Part shown: piece by piece, positions 25,787 through 35,301 of the stretch | Layout of the letters: each line of letters opens with the position of its first letter | How positions within the stretch are numbered: the stretch's first letter is position 1 | Translations under genes and position numbers: made by a program | Notes under the pieces: generated by a model | What the model was told of the DNA's origin: nothing | What the model saw: the letters and a program-made list of their open reading frames with translations, nothing else | Database searches by the model: none | NCBI GenBank assembly: GCA_944391085.1 | Contig: CALXSE010000011.1 | Location: 4,012-68,011 of the forward strand | Length of the DNA stretch: 64,000 bases | Reading direction: 5' to 3' | From: an uncultured Kiritimatiellota bacterium | Lineage (GTDB): Bacteria; Verrucomicrobiota; Kiritimatiellia; RFP12; DVOR01

Positions 25787-25975
25787 GTGTTCCTAAAGAG
25801 GCTTCTCAGGGCCTGAACGGAGACCGGCGAGGGGTGCGTCCCTTTTGGGGGCGGCCCCGGCGGCGACGGCGGGCGGCGCACGCGGGCGCGTGTCCGCGGC
25901 GCGACAGCCGAAGGGCCCACCTCCCGCCCCAGTCCCCCTCGGCCACCCTCGGGGCGGAAGGAGCAATCCAACCAC

Positions 25976-26617
25976 ATGAAACGCGCATACTTCGCCGCGG
26001 CCTTCGCCGCCGTGGCCCTTTCCGCCGCTCAGGCGGTGACCTTCGACTGGGTGGAATCAAGCGTGAGCAACAATTCCCCGGTGTCGATCGGCAATGGCTA
26101 CAGCGCCTCCACGGGCTTCACCGTCGCGGTCGTCCTCTCCGGCGGCTCCCTGCCTGCGGAGGACAGCTACCAAACGCTGCTGACGCTCAGGAACAACGCG
26201 ACCTCGAACCAGCAGGTGAGGCTGCAAGTCGGCTCGGACGGGACGTTCTACACCGAGACCAGAATCGGCTCTGATTGGGGCGGGAACACGCCTGTGACCA
26301 CAGCGCCGGACTTCTCCTGGAACGGCACCGACTCCCTCGTCGCGGCCATCGTCTTCGGCGATACGACGATCTCGTTCTACGCCAACGACACGCTGCTCGG
26401 CACGATGGCGACGCCGGACAGCTGGAAGACCGGCGATTGGACGGATGTCTTCGTCGGCGCCCAGCCGTACGGCGCCACGTGGAGCGGCGACGCCCAGCTG
26501 GCCGTGGCGGCCGGCGTGGCGACCGGCGACGAAATCGCCGCCCTGCCCGAGCCGACGGCGCTTGCCCTGCTGGCCCTCGGCGTGGCCGGCGCGGCGCTCC
26601 GCCGCCGCGTGGCGTGA
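25976..26617 (+). CDS. PEP-CTERM sorting-domain protein with a LamG/concanavalin-like body
   Basis: Signal peptide MKRAYFAAAFAAVALSAAQA. The C-terminus LPEPTALALLALGVAGAALRRRVA fits PEP, a TM helix, then an Arg cluster. A GGAAGGAG RBS is present. Confidence 0.85.
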   Translation: MKRAYFAAAFAAVALSAAQAVTFDWVESSVSNNSPVSIGNGYSASTGFTVAVVLSGGSLPAEDSYQTLLTLRNNATSNQQVRLQVGSDGTFYTETRIGSDWGGNTPVTTAPDFSWNGTDSLVAAIVFGDTTISFYANDTLLGTMATPDSWKTGDWTDVFVGAQPYGATWSGDAQLAVAAGVATGDEIAALPEPTALALLALGVAGAALRRRVA

Positions 26618-26628
26618 ACGGCCCCCTC

Positions 26629-26678
26629 GGCCATGCAAAGAAGGCCCCCGGCGCTTGCCGGGGGCCTCTTGCATGGCC
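26629..26678. terminator. long bidirectional hairpin between convergent genes
   Basis: GGCCATGCAAAGAAGGCCCCCGGC-gctt-GCCGGGGGCCTCTTGCATGGCC, an almost perfect 23-bp stem. Confidence 0.7.
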
Positions 26679-26692
26679 AAAGGGCGGGGCGC

Positions 26693-27727
26693 TCAGGGAG
26701 CCGCGGGCGCGGGGTCGTCGGCGAAGAGGGTGGCGAGGTAGGCCTTGACGGCCTCGACGGCGGCCTTGGGCTTGCAGTGGAGGTCGCAGCCGGCGGCGCG
26801 GAGGTGGCCGCCGCCGCCGAAGTGCGCGGCGATGGTGGCGGCGTTGAAGGTGGCCGGCTCGTTGCGGGTGCGGACGCTGAGGCGGGTGACGCCGGGTTTA
26901 TCCTTGGTCTCGTAGAAGAAGAGGCAGACCTGGGCGGTGGGGATGGAGCGGGGGATGTCGATGGCGTCCTCGATCTCGCTCTTGGCGACGCCGGCGCGGC
27001 GGAAGTCCCTAGCGGTGAGGCAGATGAGGGCGACGCGCCCGCGGAACCAGGTGGCGAGGGAGTCGTAGGCCTTGCGCTTGAGCAGGACGGCGCCCTCGCT
27101 GGCGTACAGGAAGAGGCGGTCGTTGATGGCCGAGGAGTCGACCCCGAGGGCGAGCAGGTCGGCCGCGGCCCGGAGCGTGGAGGGGTGGGTGCAGGAATAG
27201 GCGAAGCGCCCCGTGTCGGTGACGAGGGCCACCCACAGGGCCTCGGCGGCGGGCAGGTCAAGCGCCCAGCCCTGGCGTTTGGCGAAGCGGTGGACGAGCT
27301 CGCCGGTGCTGCTGGCGTCCGGGACGACCCAGCGGGCGACGCCGTAGGGCTTGGAGGTGGCGTGGTGGTCGACGACGAGCGCGGGGAGCCTGGCGGCGGC
27401 GTCGCGCAGGGGGTCGGGCAGGCGCTCGGGCCCGCCGCAGTCGAGGATGAACACGCAGTCGTAGTCGCGCGCCTTGACGTTGGTGGGGGCGACGCAGGCG
27501 GCGTAGTCCAGCAGGAACCTAGGCGGCCCCATCCCGAGGGGCGAGAGGGCGACGGTGGGCTCCCAGCCGTTGGCCTTCAGGAGCCGGGCCATGGCCACGC
27601 ACGAGCCCACCGCGTCGCCGTCGGGGCGGACGTGCGCGGTGAGGAGGACGCGCCGGAAGCGGCGCAGGGCCTCCATGACGGCCTTGATGCTGCCCCGCTG
27701 ACGGTGCTTCGTGAGGTTGGGGGACAT
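26693..27727 (-). CDS. nrnA: DHH family phosphoesterase (NrnA-like oligoribonuclease/pAp phosphatase)
   Basis: Contains HVRPDGDAVGS and DHH (VVDHHAT). The DHHA1 block GGGGHLRAAG is also present. The ATG at 27727 overlaps the greA-like stop (TAATG). Confidence 0.8.
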   Translation of the reverse strand: MSPNLTKHRQRGSIKAVMEALRRFRRVLLTAHVRPDGDAVGSCVAMARLLKANGWEPTVALSPLGMGPPRFLLDYAACVAPTNVKARDYDCVFILDCGGPERLPDPLRDAAARLPALVVDHHATSKPYGVARWVVPDASSTGELVHRFAKRQGWALDLPAAEALWVALVTDTGRFAYSCTHPSTLRAAADLLALGVDSSAINDRLFLYASEGAVLLKRKAYDSLATWFRGRVALICLTARDFRRAGVAKSEIEDAIDIPRSIPTAQVCLFFYETKDKPGVTRLSVRTRNEPATFNAATIAAHFGGGGHLRAAGCDLHCKPKAAVEAVKAYLATLFADDPAPAAP

Positions 27728-29886
27728 TAAGCGTTGGGCTCGTACTGGGTGGGGATGGCCGCCAGCCACGCCTTGACGGCCTCGTCGAGCGGCTCGATGG
27801 CCACGAGGGTGGCCGGCTCGGCGCCGCGCTCGGCGGGGAGCTCCACCTTGGCGCCGGCCTGTTGCCCGAGGAGGGCGGCGGCCAGGCGGGAACGGCTGGA
27901 GATGATGTTGAGCGCCTCGTCGCGGTCAAGCTCGCCGAGGATGGTGTAGGTGGCGCGGCCCCGGGCCGTCTCGACGGTCACGCGGGTGCCGGGCTCGGCC
28001 GTCTCGCAGGAGACGCCGGCGAAGTCGGTGGCCTTGAGCAGCTTGAGGGTGCGGTCCATCTCGTCCTGGCGGCCGAGGAGGACGCGCTGGTGGTCCTTGG
28101 CGAACTGGTATTCCGCGTTCTCGCGCAGGTCGCCGTAGCTGCGGGCGGTGGCGATGTCCTTGGCGTTGGCGGGGATCTCGACGTTGGTGAGGTGGTCGTA
28201 GGCCAGGCGGTAGGCCGCGAGGGAACGCGCCGAGGTCAGGTGCGCGCGCTCCTGCGGCTGGCGCTCGGTGCGGCGCAGCTTGGCGAGCGTGGGGTCGAAG
28301 CGGGCCATGCGCACGAGCACGTTGCGCTTGCTGGCGGCGTCCCACTCGTTGGCCGTGGAGGCCTGGATGCGCTCGAAGACGACGCGGCGGTCGAAGTCCG
28401 AGAGTTCCTTGCAGACGCCCTCAAGCCACTTGGCGCTGTCGAAGAAGGCCTGGAGCGCGTTGCGCATCTTGAGGCTCTCGCCCGTGAGGCGCTGCTCGAC
28501 GATGTGGATGGCCTGCGTGATGAGCTCGTTGAGCGCGGGCGCGCCCCAGGCCTCGGCGTCGGTGCGGTTGCGCAGGGCCCAGACCACGAGGGTAGGCACG
28601 GGGCTGGCCTGGCGGGCCAGGAGCTTGCGCACCTCCGCGCCGGCCTCCTCGTCGCCGGCCAGCGCCCCGAGCGTCGCGCCCAGGGCGACGCTGTTGAGCT
28701 GCGGCAGATGTGCCAGGATCAGCGCCTTCTTCTCCGGCGCCACCGCGAGGATGAAGCGCACCGTGGCGGCCACGTCGCGGGCCGAGAGGCCCTTCATCGC
28801 GGCCAGGAAGTTATCCTGCTCGTCCTTCTCGGTCAGCGCCTCGGCCTGCCTGGCGCGCTCGGCGTCGGAGGAGAGGCCCAGGCGGGCCAGGAGCGCGGCC
28901 ACCTGCGCGTAACGCGGGTAGTCGGCGCGGTCGGCGCCCTTGAGGGCGAAGTTCAGGCGGTTGGCCACCGTGTCGCGGTAGCCGTCGGGCAGCTCGCCCT
29001 TCTTGTCGGCAAGCATCGCCAGGGTGCCGTCGTAGATCGCCTTGATGTCGCGCAGCTTGGCGAACTTCTTCAGCCAGGCGTCGCCGAAATCCTCCTCCGC
29101 CTCCAACAGGCGGATGGGCTCGGTCCGCTTGGCGGGGATCTCCACGGGGCGGGCCTTGTCGGCCTTCAGGCCCCGGCGCGCGGCGTCCCAGAACCCCTTC
29201 CACGCGTCCTGCGCCACCAGGCCGGCCGAGGCCAGGCGCTCCTGCAGGCGCTGGATCGTCAGCGGCCCGTAGCTCTCCAGGGCCAGGCGCACCAGCTCGG
29301 CCGGGCGCTTCTGCGCCATCTCCACGATTTCCTCGCGGTTCTTCAGCAGGCGCGTCATCAGGTGCGCGTCGTCGGCGATCTCCAGGTTCTGCCCCGCCAC
29401 CGCCAGGCTCATCGCGTGGCCCTTCTTCCCCTCAAAGTCGATGATCGCCTTCCCGTAAAAGGCGTCGATGCTCTGCACCTGCCCGAAGCCCCACGACTGG
29501 CTGCTCACGTACACCCCCGGCTTCAGCGCCAGCAGCACCGACAGCCGCCGCACGATCGCCGACGCCGTCGCCGAGGCCAACCCCACCGAGTCCACCATCA
29601 GCTTCTCGTCGGCCGTCGCCGCGCTCCGGCGCACCACCTCGCGCATCTGCGCCAGATCCACCCGCTTCAGCTCCGCCCCGCGCGCCGCGAAGAACGCCAT
29701 GCACGCCAGCGCCCCGCGCAGATCCTTGTGCTCCACGGCCTTCTCCGTGGCCGCCGCGAACGCCGTCGACGCGCCGGAGGCATCGTTCGCCAGCTGCTCC
29801 CCGATGGCCGCCAACGCCTCCTTGAAATCCGGCGTCTCCCCGTCCAGCGCGTTCTGGATACGCATGTTGAAAGCGCTCTTGTCCAT
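27727..29886 (-). CDS. greA: long-form GreA/GreB family transcript-cleavage factor (about 560-aa N-terminal extension)
   Basis: ATG at 29886 (MDKSAFNMRIQ). The C-terminal ~150 aa carry ARSYGDLRENAEYQFAKDHQ (the acidic tip) and the GreA C-terminal domain block PGTRVTVE...YTILG. Confidence 0.75.
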   Translation of the reverse strand: MDKSAFNMRIQNALDGETPDFKEALAAIGEQLANDASGASTAFAAATEKAVEHKDLRGALACMAFFAARGAELKRVDLAQMREVVRRSAATADEKLMVDSVGLASATASAIVRRLSVLLALKPGVYVSSQSWGFGQVQSIDAFYGKAIIDFEGKKGHAMSLAVAGQNLEIADDAHLMTRLLKNREEIVEMAQKRPAELVRLALESYGPLTIQRLQERLASAGLVAQDAWKGFWDAARRGLKADKARPVEIPAKRTEPIRLLEAEEDFGDAWLKKFAKLRDIKAIYDGTLAMLADKKGELPDGYRDTVANRLNFALKGADRADYPRYAQVAALLARLGLSSDAERARQAEALTEKDEQDNFLAAMKGLSARDVAATVRFILAVAPEKKALILAHLPQLNSVALGATLGALAGDEEAGAEVRKLLARQASPVPTLVVWALRNRTDAEAWGAPALNELITQAIHIVEQRLTGESLKMRNALQAFFDSAKWLEGVCKELSDFDRRVVFERIQASTANEWDAASKRNVLVRMARFDPTLAKLRRTERQPQERAHLTSARSLAAYRLAYDHLTNVEIPANAKDIATARSYGDLRENAEYQFAKDHQRVLLGRQDEMDRTLKLLKATDFAGVSCETAEPGTRVTVETARGRATYTILGELDRDEALNIISSRSRLAAALLGQQAGAKVELPAERGAEPATLVAIEPLDEAVKAWLAAIPTQYEPNA

Positions 29887-29971
29887 GTCTCCGAATCCTT
29901 TCCGATGAAAGCGACGCCCCCCCGCGCCGCGACGGCAGACCGCCGACGCGCCACCAAGGGCACTCCCATAC

Positions 29972-29983
29972 ACAATAGCAAAA
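29972..29983 (-). promoter_or_regulatory. extended -10 (TTTTGCTATTGT) upstream of the long greA
   Basis: Motif match about 85 nt upstream of the ATG at 29886. Confidence 0.45.
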
Positions 29984-30050
29984 TCCCCCCAAACGCCGCA
30001 ACCGCCCCACCCCGCGCCCGCCCGCCGCCCCTCCCCCGAGCGCCCTGCGG

Positions 30051-30061
30051 TTTGGTACAAT
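30051..30061 (+). promoter_or_regulatory. extended -10 (TTTGGTACAAT) 6 nt upstream of the trkA ATG
   Basis: Motif match. Implies a leaderless mRNA. Confidence 0.55.
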
Positions 30062-30067
30062 GGGCGC

Positions 30068-30736
30068 ATGAAACGCATCGGCATCATCGGCTCGGGCCGC
30101 TTCGGCGAGGCCCTCGTGCAGGCGCTCGCGGCCCAGGGCGCGGAGGTGCTCCTCATGGACACCGACCGCCGCAAAATCCAGGAGCTCTCCGAGTACGTCA
30201 CCAAGGCCATCGAGGGCGACGCCACGAACATCCACGCCCTCGAGGAGGCCGGCTTCGGCAGCTGCGACACAGTGGTGGTGGCCATCGGCGAGAACGTCGA
30301 GGGCTCCATCATGGCCACGGTGAACTGCAAGGACCTCGGCGTCCGCACCGTCGTCGCCAAGGCCTCCACCGACGTCCACGGCCGCGTCCTCCGCCGCGTC
30401 GGCGCCGACGTCGTCATCTTCCCCAACCGCGACCGCGCCCAGCGCCTCGCGCGGAGCCTCCTCACCGTCAGCCAGGTCGACCTCTTCGAGATCGCCGACG
30501 GCCTCTGCGCCGCCGAGATCCAGGCCCCCGACGCCGTCGCCGACAAGACCCTCGCCGAGGCCGACGTCCGCCGCGCCCACGGCATCACCGTCCTGGCCAT
30601 CCGCCGCCTCGACGACGCCGACCCCGCCGCGCCCCGCCGCCTCCTCATCCCCCAGGCCGACACCCCCATCCGCAGCGACGACCACCTCCTCGTCTGCGGC
30701 GCGTCCGACAAGATTGACGCCTTCGCCCAAGCCTAA
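30068..30736 (+). CDS. trkA: TrkA/KtrA-type potassium uptake regulatory protein (RCK N plus C)
   Basis: IGIIGSGRFGEAL is the Rossmann motif. An RCK_C domain follows. The ATG lies 6 nt after a TACAAT -10 box. Confidence 0.85.
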   Translation: MKRIGIIGSGRFGEALVQALAAQGAEVLLMDTDRRKIQELSEYVTKAIEGDATNIHALEEAGFGSCDTVVVAIGENVEGSIMATVNCKDLGVRTVVAKASTDVHGRVLRRVGADVVIFPNRDRAQRLARSLLTVSQVDLFEIADGLCAAEIQAPDAVADKTLAEADVRRAHGITVLAIRRLDDADPAAPRRLLIPQADTPIRSDDHLLVCGASDKIDAFAQA

Positions 30737-30751
30737 CCCCCAGGAGCCCCC

Positions 30752-31243
30752 ATGGAAGCAGAGGAAGTCGTCGTCCGCCGCGCCACCCTCGAGGACGTGT
30801 TCGCCATCCACCGCCTCATCCAGAGCTACCCCCACGAGCTCATCCTCAGGCCCGTCAACAACCTCGTCGAGAACATCGACCGCTTCACCGTCGCCGTGCG
30901 CGGGCGCGAGCTCATCGCCTGCGCCGGCTGGCAAATCCTCCCCGAGATCGGCTGCCCGGAAGGCGCCACCGTCGAGCTCCAATCCGTCGCCGTCGCCAAG
31001 GCCTGGCGCGGGCGCGGCATCGGCAAGCGCCTCGTCCGCTTCGTCCTCCAACGCATCGACGGCTTCAAGCCCGCCCAAGCCCTCGTCCTCACCTTCCAGC
31101 CCGAGTTCTTCGGCTCCCTCGGCTTCCGCGAGGTCCCCAAGACCCAGATCATCCACAAAATCTACCGCGGCTGCGTCTACTGCACCAAACACACCAACCC
31201 TTTCACCTGCCCCGAGATCGCCATGGCCCTCCCCCTCCGCTGA
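30752..31243 (+). CDS. GNAT family N-acetyltransferase (short ArgA-like)
   Basis: Acetyl-CoA binding block QSVAVAKAWRGRGIGKRLV. A CAGGAG RBS is present. Confidence 0.8.
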   Translation: MEAEEVVVRRATLEDVFAIHRLIQSYPHELILRPVNNLVENIDRFTVAVRGRELIACAGWQILPEIGCPEGATVELQSVAVAKAWRGRGIGKRLVRFVLQRIDGFKPAQALVLTFQPEFFGSLGFREVPKTQIIHKIYRGCVYCTKHTNPFTCPEIAMALPLR

Positions 31244-31268
31244 CCGCCCCGCCAAGGGCGGCGCGGCG

Positions 31269-33776
31269 TCACCAGCCGGCGGGGGATTCGCCGGCGTGGC
31301 GGTCGACGCCGGCGTAGGAGAGGCTCGCGTCCTCGTAGCGCTTGAAGTTCAGCACGGCCAGGTTCATCAGCTCGTCGTTGAAGAGGCGCAGGGAGACGAG
31401 CAGCCGGAAATCTTCCAGCGTCAGCCCCGTCACCCGCTCGAAGAGCGCCGTCTCCAGCTGCTCGATCACCTCGCGGAGCGACCGCTCGCGATAATCCGTC
31501 AGATACATGAAGACGGGGAGGCGCGCGGCGAACTTGATGAGCTTCTCCTGCACCTGCCTGCGCAGGCTCTTGAGCTCCTTCTCCTCCGGCGTCTCCCTGG
31601 GCCGCTCGCGCGCCTTGCCCGGCCCGTCCCGGGATTCGCGCTTGCCCTTCTTGATGGCATCCGTGCGGTTGATGATGGTCTCGATGGTGTCCCGGCCGAG
31701 GTTGCGGTCGGCGATGATCTTCCCGATGGCGTCCAGCGCCGCCGGGTTTCCCTGCACGCGCCTGAGCGTCTCGTTGTCCACGTTCACGAGCAGGGCGCTC
31801 TGCCAGCGGCGGGCCAGGAGGGTGGCCGCGTCGCCGGTGAAGGCGAGCTCCAGCACCTGCGCGGCGTTGATGGGGGTGAGCCTCCCGCCGTCGGAATAGA
31901 GGATGGGGAGGAAATGGATGAACTCCCCTACGCGCGCCTCGTCCGTCTGCGGGGCCGTCTCGTTGCAGCTCAGCTTGCCGCTGTACTCCGCCACCTGGCG
32001 CAACGCCCGGTTCGGCGCGAAGTCCAGCACGTAGCACTGCCGCTTGATGATGACCTCCCCGCCCTGCGCGTCGCGCGTCGTCCACGGGCTCTGCACGCGG
32101 AAGGCCGCCTGGAAATAGGTCTCCGGGCTCTGCAGGTTGCGCAACATCAGGATGCCGCCCCACGGCCGTACCGTCACGCCCGTGGTCAGCTTGCCGCACG
32201 TCAGCGTGATGGTCTTCGAGGCCATCGGGTCCTCCATCCGCGCCTCCACCGCCTCCAACGCCGCCGCGCCCATGCCCACATGCTTCCCCGCGCACACGAT
32301 CACCCCAAAGTCCCGCCACCACGCGTTCCGCTTCGCGCGCAGCAGCGCGGCCATCGCCTCGCACGCCGCCACGCTCGGCAGGAACCACACCGAGTGCCGG
32401 AGCGCGTCGGCCAACGCCCCGTGCGCGAAGGGCAGCGCCACGGGCTCGTGGCTCCTCAGCCCCTCCACCTCGCTCGGCAGGTAACGCCCCCGCAGGTAAT
32501 CCAGCCACTGCTGCACGTTCTCCTCCCACACGAACCGCGGCCGCCCGTCCGCCTCCTTCGCGGTCGAGAAGAAGGTGTTCAGGTCAAAGGTATCGAACTC
32601 CCCCTGCTCCGCCACCTTGCGGATGGCCTCCGGCAGGCGGTAGGTCAGCATCACCATCTGCGGCAACGCCGCATAGGGGTTCGGCCCCGGGCCCTTCCAC
32701 GCCGCCTTGGCCCGCTGCTCATCCGCGTACGTCCACCCATAGACCTGCTCCTCGATGAACTCCCCGCTCGCCAGCGACCGGAAGGGCGTCCCGGAAAGAT
32801 AAAGGTAACGCTCCGCCCGGATGGGCAGATCCGCCTCGGACAGGCGCCCCGCGCCCGTGGGCGCCGCCCCCTCCGCGGCCTCTGCGGCCTCCACCTCCTT
32901 CTCCTCGTCCTCCTTCGCGAAAAGCTCCTGCGCCCGCTCCCGCCACGCGCCGTAGTGATACTCGTCAAAGATGACCAGATCCCACCGCTCCTCGCGCACC
33001 CACCTGTGCTGCTCCTTGATGCCGCCGAGCGCGTTCAGCCCCAAAAAGTCCTGGAACGACCCAAAGCAGACGATGGGCCGCCGGCCGTCCGCGGCCAGAT
33101 ACTGCTCCTCCAGGCCCGGCGCCGACGGGTCGCCGTCCCGCCGCCGGATGAACTGCCACCCCTCGAAATCCACATGCGTCAGGCAATCCTCCTCCCACGC
33201 GCTCACCACCGCCGGCTTGAACGTGAGGATAAGGATCCGCCTGAACCCCATCGCCTTCGCCAGCTCATAGGCCGCGAAGGTCTTCCCGAAGCGCATCTTC
33301 GCGTTCCACAGGAAGCGCGGCCTCGTCCCCGGCTCCTCCCGCGCCTTCCGGCGGAAGTAATCCGCCGTCACCCGCACGGCCTCGGCCTGCTCCGGGCGCA
33401 TCGCGAAGTCCCGCGTCCGCCCCCGCTGGAACTCCCGCCGGTTGCGCGCCGCCACGATGGCCGCGCGCACCACCTCCACCCCACACCGAACCCACTCCCC
33501 CGCAAGCCGCCGCACCCCCTGCCGCCTCAGCTGGCGAAAGACCGCATGGTCGCCGAAGGTCGTCCCATCCCGCCGCATCGCCGACTCCCGCAACACGACC
33601 TCATAGATGGCGTGCGGCATCTTGATGGCCGCCACCTGCTCGCGGATGCGTATCTCCACCTCCCGCTCCGTGTAGCCCACCTTCAGCAGCCCCTCGTAAC
33701 CCTCCGCCTTCAGCCGGTAGGCATAGATCGTCGGCCGCACCGCGGCCCGCCCCTCAAGCACAAACGCTTCCGCCAT
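31269..33776 (-). CDS. T5orf172/GIY-YIG-like domain fused to an SF2 (DEAH, type III Res-like) helicase; putative restriction/defence subunit
   Basis: The N-terminal TIYAYRLK...LLKVGYTEREVEIRIREQ...GEWVRC is a T5orf172-type pattern. Helicase motifs are FGKTF (I), VIFDEYHYG (II), LSGTPF (III) and QAAFRVQSP (VI). The start lies 1 nt after the methyltransferase stop. Confidence 0.8.
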   Translation of the reverse strand: MAEAFVLEGRAAVRPTIYAYRLKAEGYEGLLKVGYTEREVEIRIREQVAAIKMPHAIYEVVLRESAMRRDGTTFGDHAVFRQLRRQGVRRLAGEWVRCGVEVVRAAIVAARNRREFQRGRTRDFAMRPEQAEAVRVTADYFRRKAREEPGTRPRFLWNAKMRFGKTFAAYELAKAMGFRRILILTFKPAVVSAWEEDCLTHVDFEGWQFIRRRDGDPSAPGLEEQYLAADGRRPIVCFGSFQDFLGLNALGGIKEQHRWVREERWDLVIFDEYHYGAWRERAQELFAKEDEEKEVEAAEAAEGAAPTGAGRLSEADLPIRAERYLYLSGTPFRSLASGEFIEEQVYGWTYADEQRAKAAWKGPGPNPYAALPQMVMLTYRLPEAIRKVAEQGEFDTFDLNTFFSTAKEADGRPRFVWEENVQQWLDYLRGRYLPSEVEGLRSHEPVALPFAHGALADALRHSVWFLPSVAACEAMAALLRAKRNAWWRDFGVIVCAGKHVGMGAAALEAVEARMEDPMASKTITLTCGKLTTGVTVRPWGGILMLRNLQSPETYFQAAFRVQSPWTTRDAQGGEVIIKRQCYVLDFAPNRALRQVAEYSGKLSCNETAPQTDEARVGEFIHFLPILYSDGGRLTPINAAQVLELAFTGDAATLLARRWQSALLVNVDNETLRRVQGNPAALDAIGKIIADRNLGRDTIETIINRTDAIKKGKRESRDGPGKARERPRETPEEKELKSLRRQVQEKLIKFAARLPVFMYLTDYRERSLREVIEQLETALFERVTGLTLEDFRLLVSLRLFNDELMNLAVLNFKRYEDASLSYAGVDRHAGESPAGW

Positions 33777-33777
33777 C

Positions 33778-35286
33778 TCACGCCTCCATCGGCTTCACCA
33801 TACCCTCAATGAACGCGACCTCTTCGTCCGTCAGCCCATACTTCGCGTACAGCTCCGCGTCCGTCCACGGCCTCGAAAAGTCCTGCAGGGGGACAAGCCG
33901 ATAAACGCGTTTTGTCGCATGTTGAGTATTTTTCAAGAGTAAGATTAGGAATCGACAGAAACAAGTAGACATATACTGTTTGACATTTTCTGCGACCCTC
34001 TGGTCTTTGTATACACCTATTACAAGATAGGTCTCAGAGCAACACGATTCGGGTTCCGCAAGAAAAGGTTTTCCTATCACTTGATAGGGGAAATCGCCAC
34101 GTTCGCCATAAGCATAGGAAATCATTACCTTCCAACGGTCTATCCACGCTTGTTTCTCGGGCACGTCCGCGCGGGCAATGTAACGGGGTTCCTTTGTAGC
34201 GTTTTTACTGGCATACAGGCGGACATCTCCTTTTTCTTTGCCGACATGTCCCAATACCTTCGTCTCCAGGCCAAAGGGCCGTCTTTCACTCACCAGCAAA
34301 GCGAAGGAATGTTCCTTTTTCGCGCGCACCTTCTCCACGATGGACAAAGCCTCGTTGAAACGGATGAAGGCCTCCGACCAAGGGAAAAGCAATGTGCGCC
34401 GGGTCTCGGAGGTCGCCCGCTTCCCGACGTTGCGGAAGGTGCAAAGCCCGCGATAGTCGCGTTGCCAATGGAAATAACAAACCCCGCCCGAGATATCCAC
34501 CCCATCGCCGAAGCAAATCTTGGAGTCGAAGTAATCCACAATCGTTTTCAGGCGTTCGTCGCGGAGCATCGTCTCACGGAACCGAACGAGGCCTTTTCCC
34601 CCCGTGAACCAACGGGCGGGAATAATCATGACAAGGTGATTCGGATGCAGTGCCTTGGCCTGTTCGACGAAGAGGTTGTAGATGGGCGTGGCGCTGGCGC
34701 TGTCGCTGCCGTCATCCAGTTGATACGGGGGGTTGCCGATGATGACGTCGAACTTCATGTCGAAGAGCCTTTCTGGGTTGACGCCATGGATAAAGGCGTA
34801 GGCGTGGGATTCGGCGCGCTTCCCGAAGACCTCCGCGGAGGCGCCGCAGAGCGTACACCTGCCGCCCTTCCAGGCGTGCGCGGCGGGCGGCAGCGGGATG
34901 TTGCCCTCGGGAGTGTCGAAGTGGGAGATGGCGTATTCGCCGTCGGCGGACTTGGTGCAGTAGACGGTGCGGCGGGAGGTGAGGGCGGTGAGCTCGGTGA
35001 TGGCCAGCCCAAAGAGCTGCCGGTGGAAGATGTGGTCCAGGCGCTCCTGCAGGTCTGGGAAGGTCGGTTCCAGCCCCTTGATGAGGCGTTTGGCGATTTC
35101 GCGGAGGAAGACGCCGCTCTTGCAGCAGGGGTCGAGGAAGGTGGCCGAGGGGTCGGAAAAGAGCCCCTGCGGCAAGAGGTCGAGCATGGCGTTGGCCACG
35201 CGCGGGGGCGTGAAGACCTCGTCGTTGGACAGGTTGGCCAGGCACTCCAGCACGTCCGGGTTGCGCACAATCTTCTCCGTTTCCAT
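33778..35286 (-). CDS. gamma-class N6-adenine DNA methyltransferase (Eco57I-type methylase domain) with a C-terminal recognition-like region
   Basis: EVFTPPRVANAML (motif X), FLDPCCKSGVFL (motif I) and DVIIGNPPYQ (motif IV). The 3' half is visibly AT-richer than the genome. Confidence 0.85.
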   Translation of the reverse strand: METEKIVRNPDVLECLANLSNDEVFTPPRVANAMLDLLPQGLFSDPSATFLDPCCKSGVFLREIAKRLIKGLEPTFPDLQERLDHIFHRQLFGLAITELTALTSRRTVYCTKSADGEYAISHFDTPEGNIPLPPAAHAWKGGRCTLCGASAEVFGKRAESHAYAFIHGVNPERLFDMKFDVIIGNPPYQLDDGSDSASATPIYNLFVEQAKALHPNHLVMIIPARWFTGGKGLVRFRETMLRDERLKTIVDYFDSKICFGDGVDISGGVCYFHWQRDYRGLCTFRNVGKRATSETRRTLLFPWSEAFIRFNEALSIVEKVRAKKEHSFALLVSERRPFGLETKVLGHVGKEKGDVRLYASKNATKEPRYIARADVPEKQAWIDRWKVMISYAYGERGDFPYQVIGKPFLAEPESCCSETYLVIGVYKDQRVAENVKQYMSTCFCRFLILLLKNTQHATKRVYRLVPLQDFSRPWTDAELYAKYGLTDEEVAFIEGMVKPMEA

Positions 35287-35301
35287 GGCACACTCCTTCC
35301 G

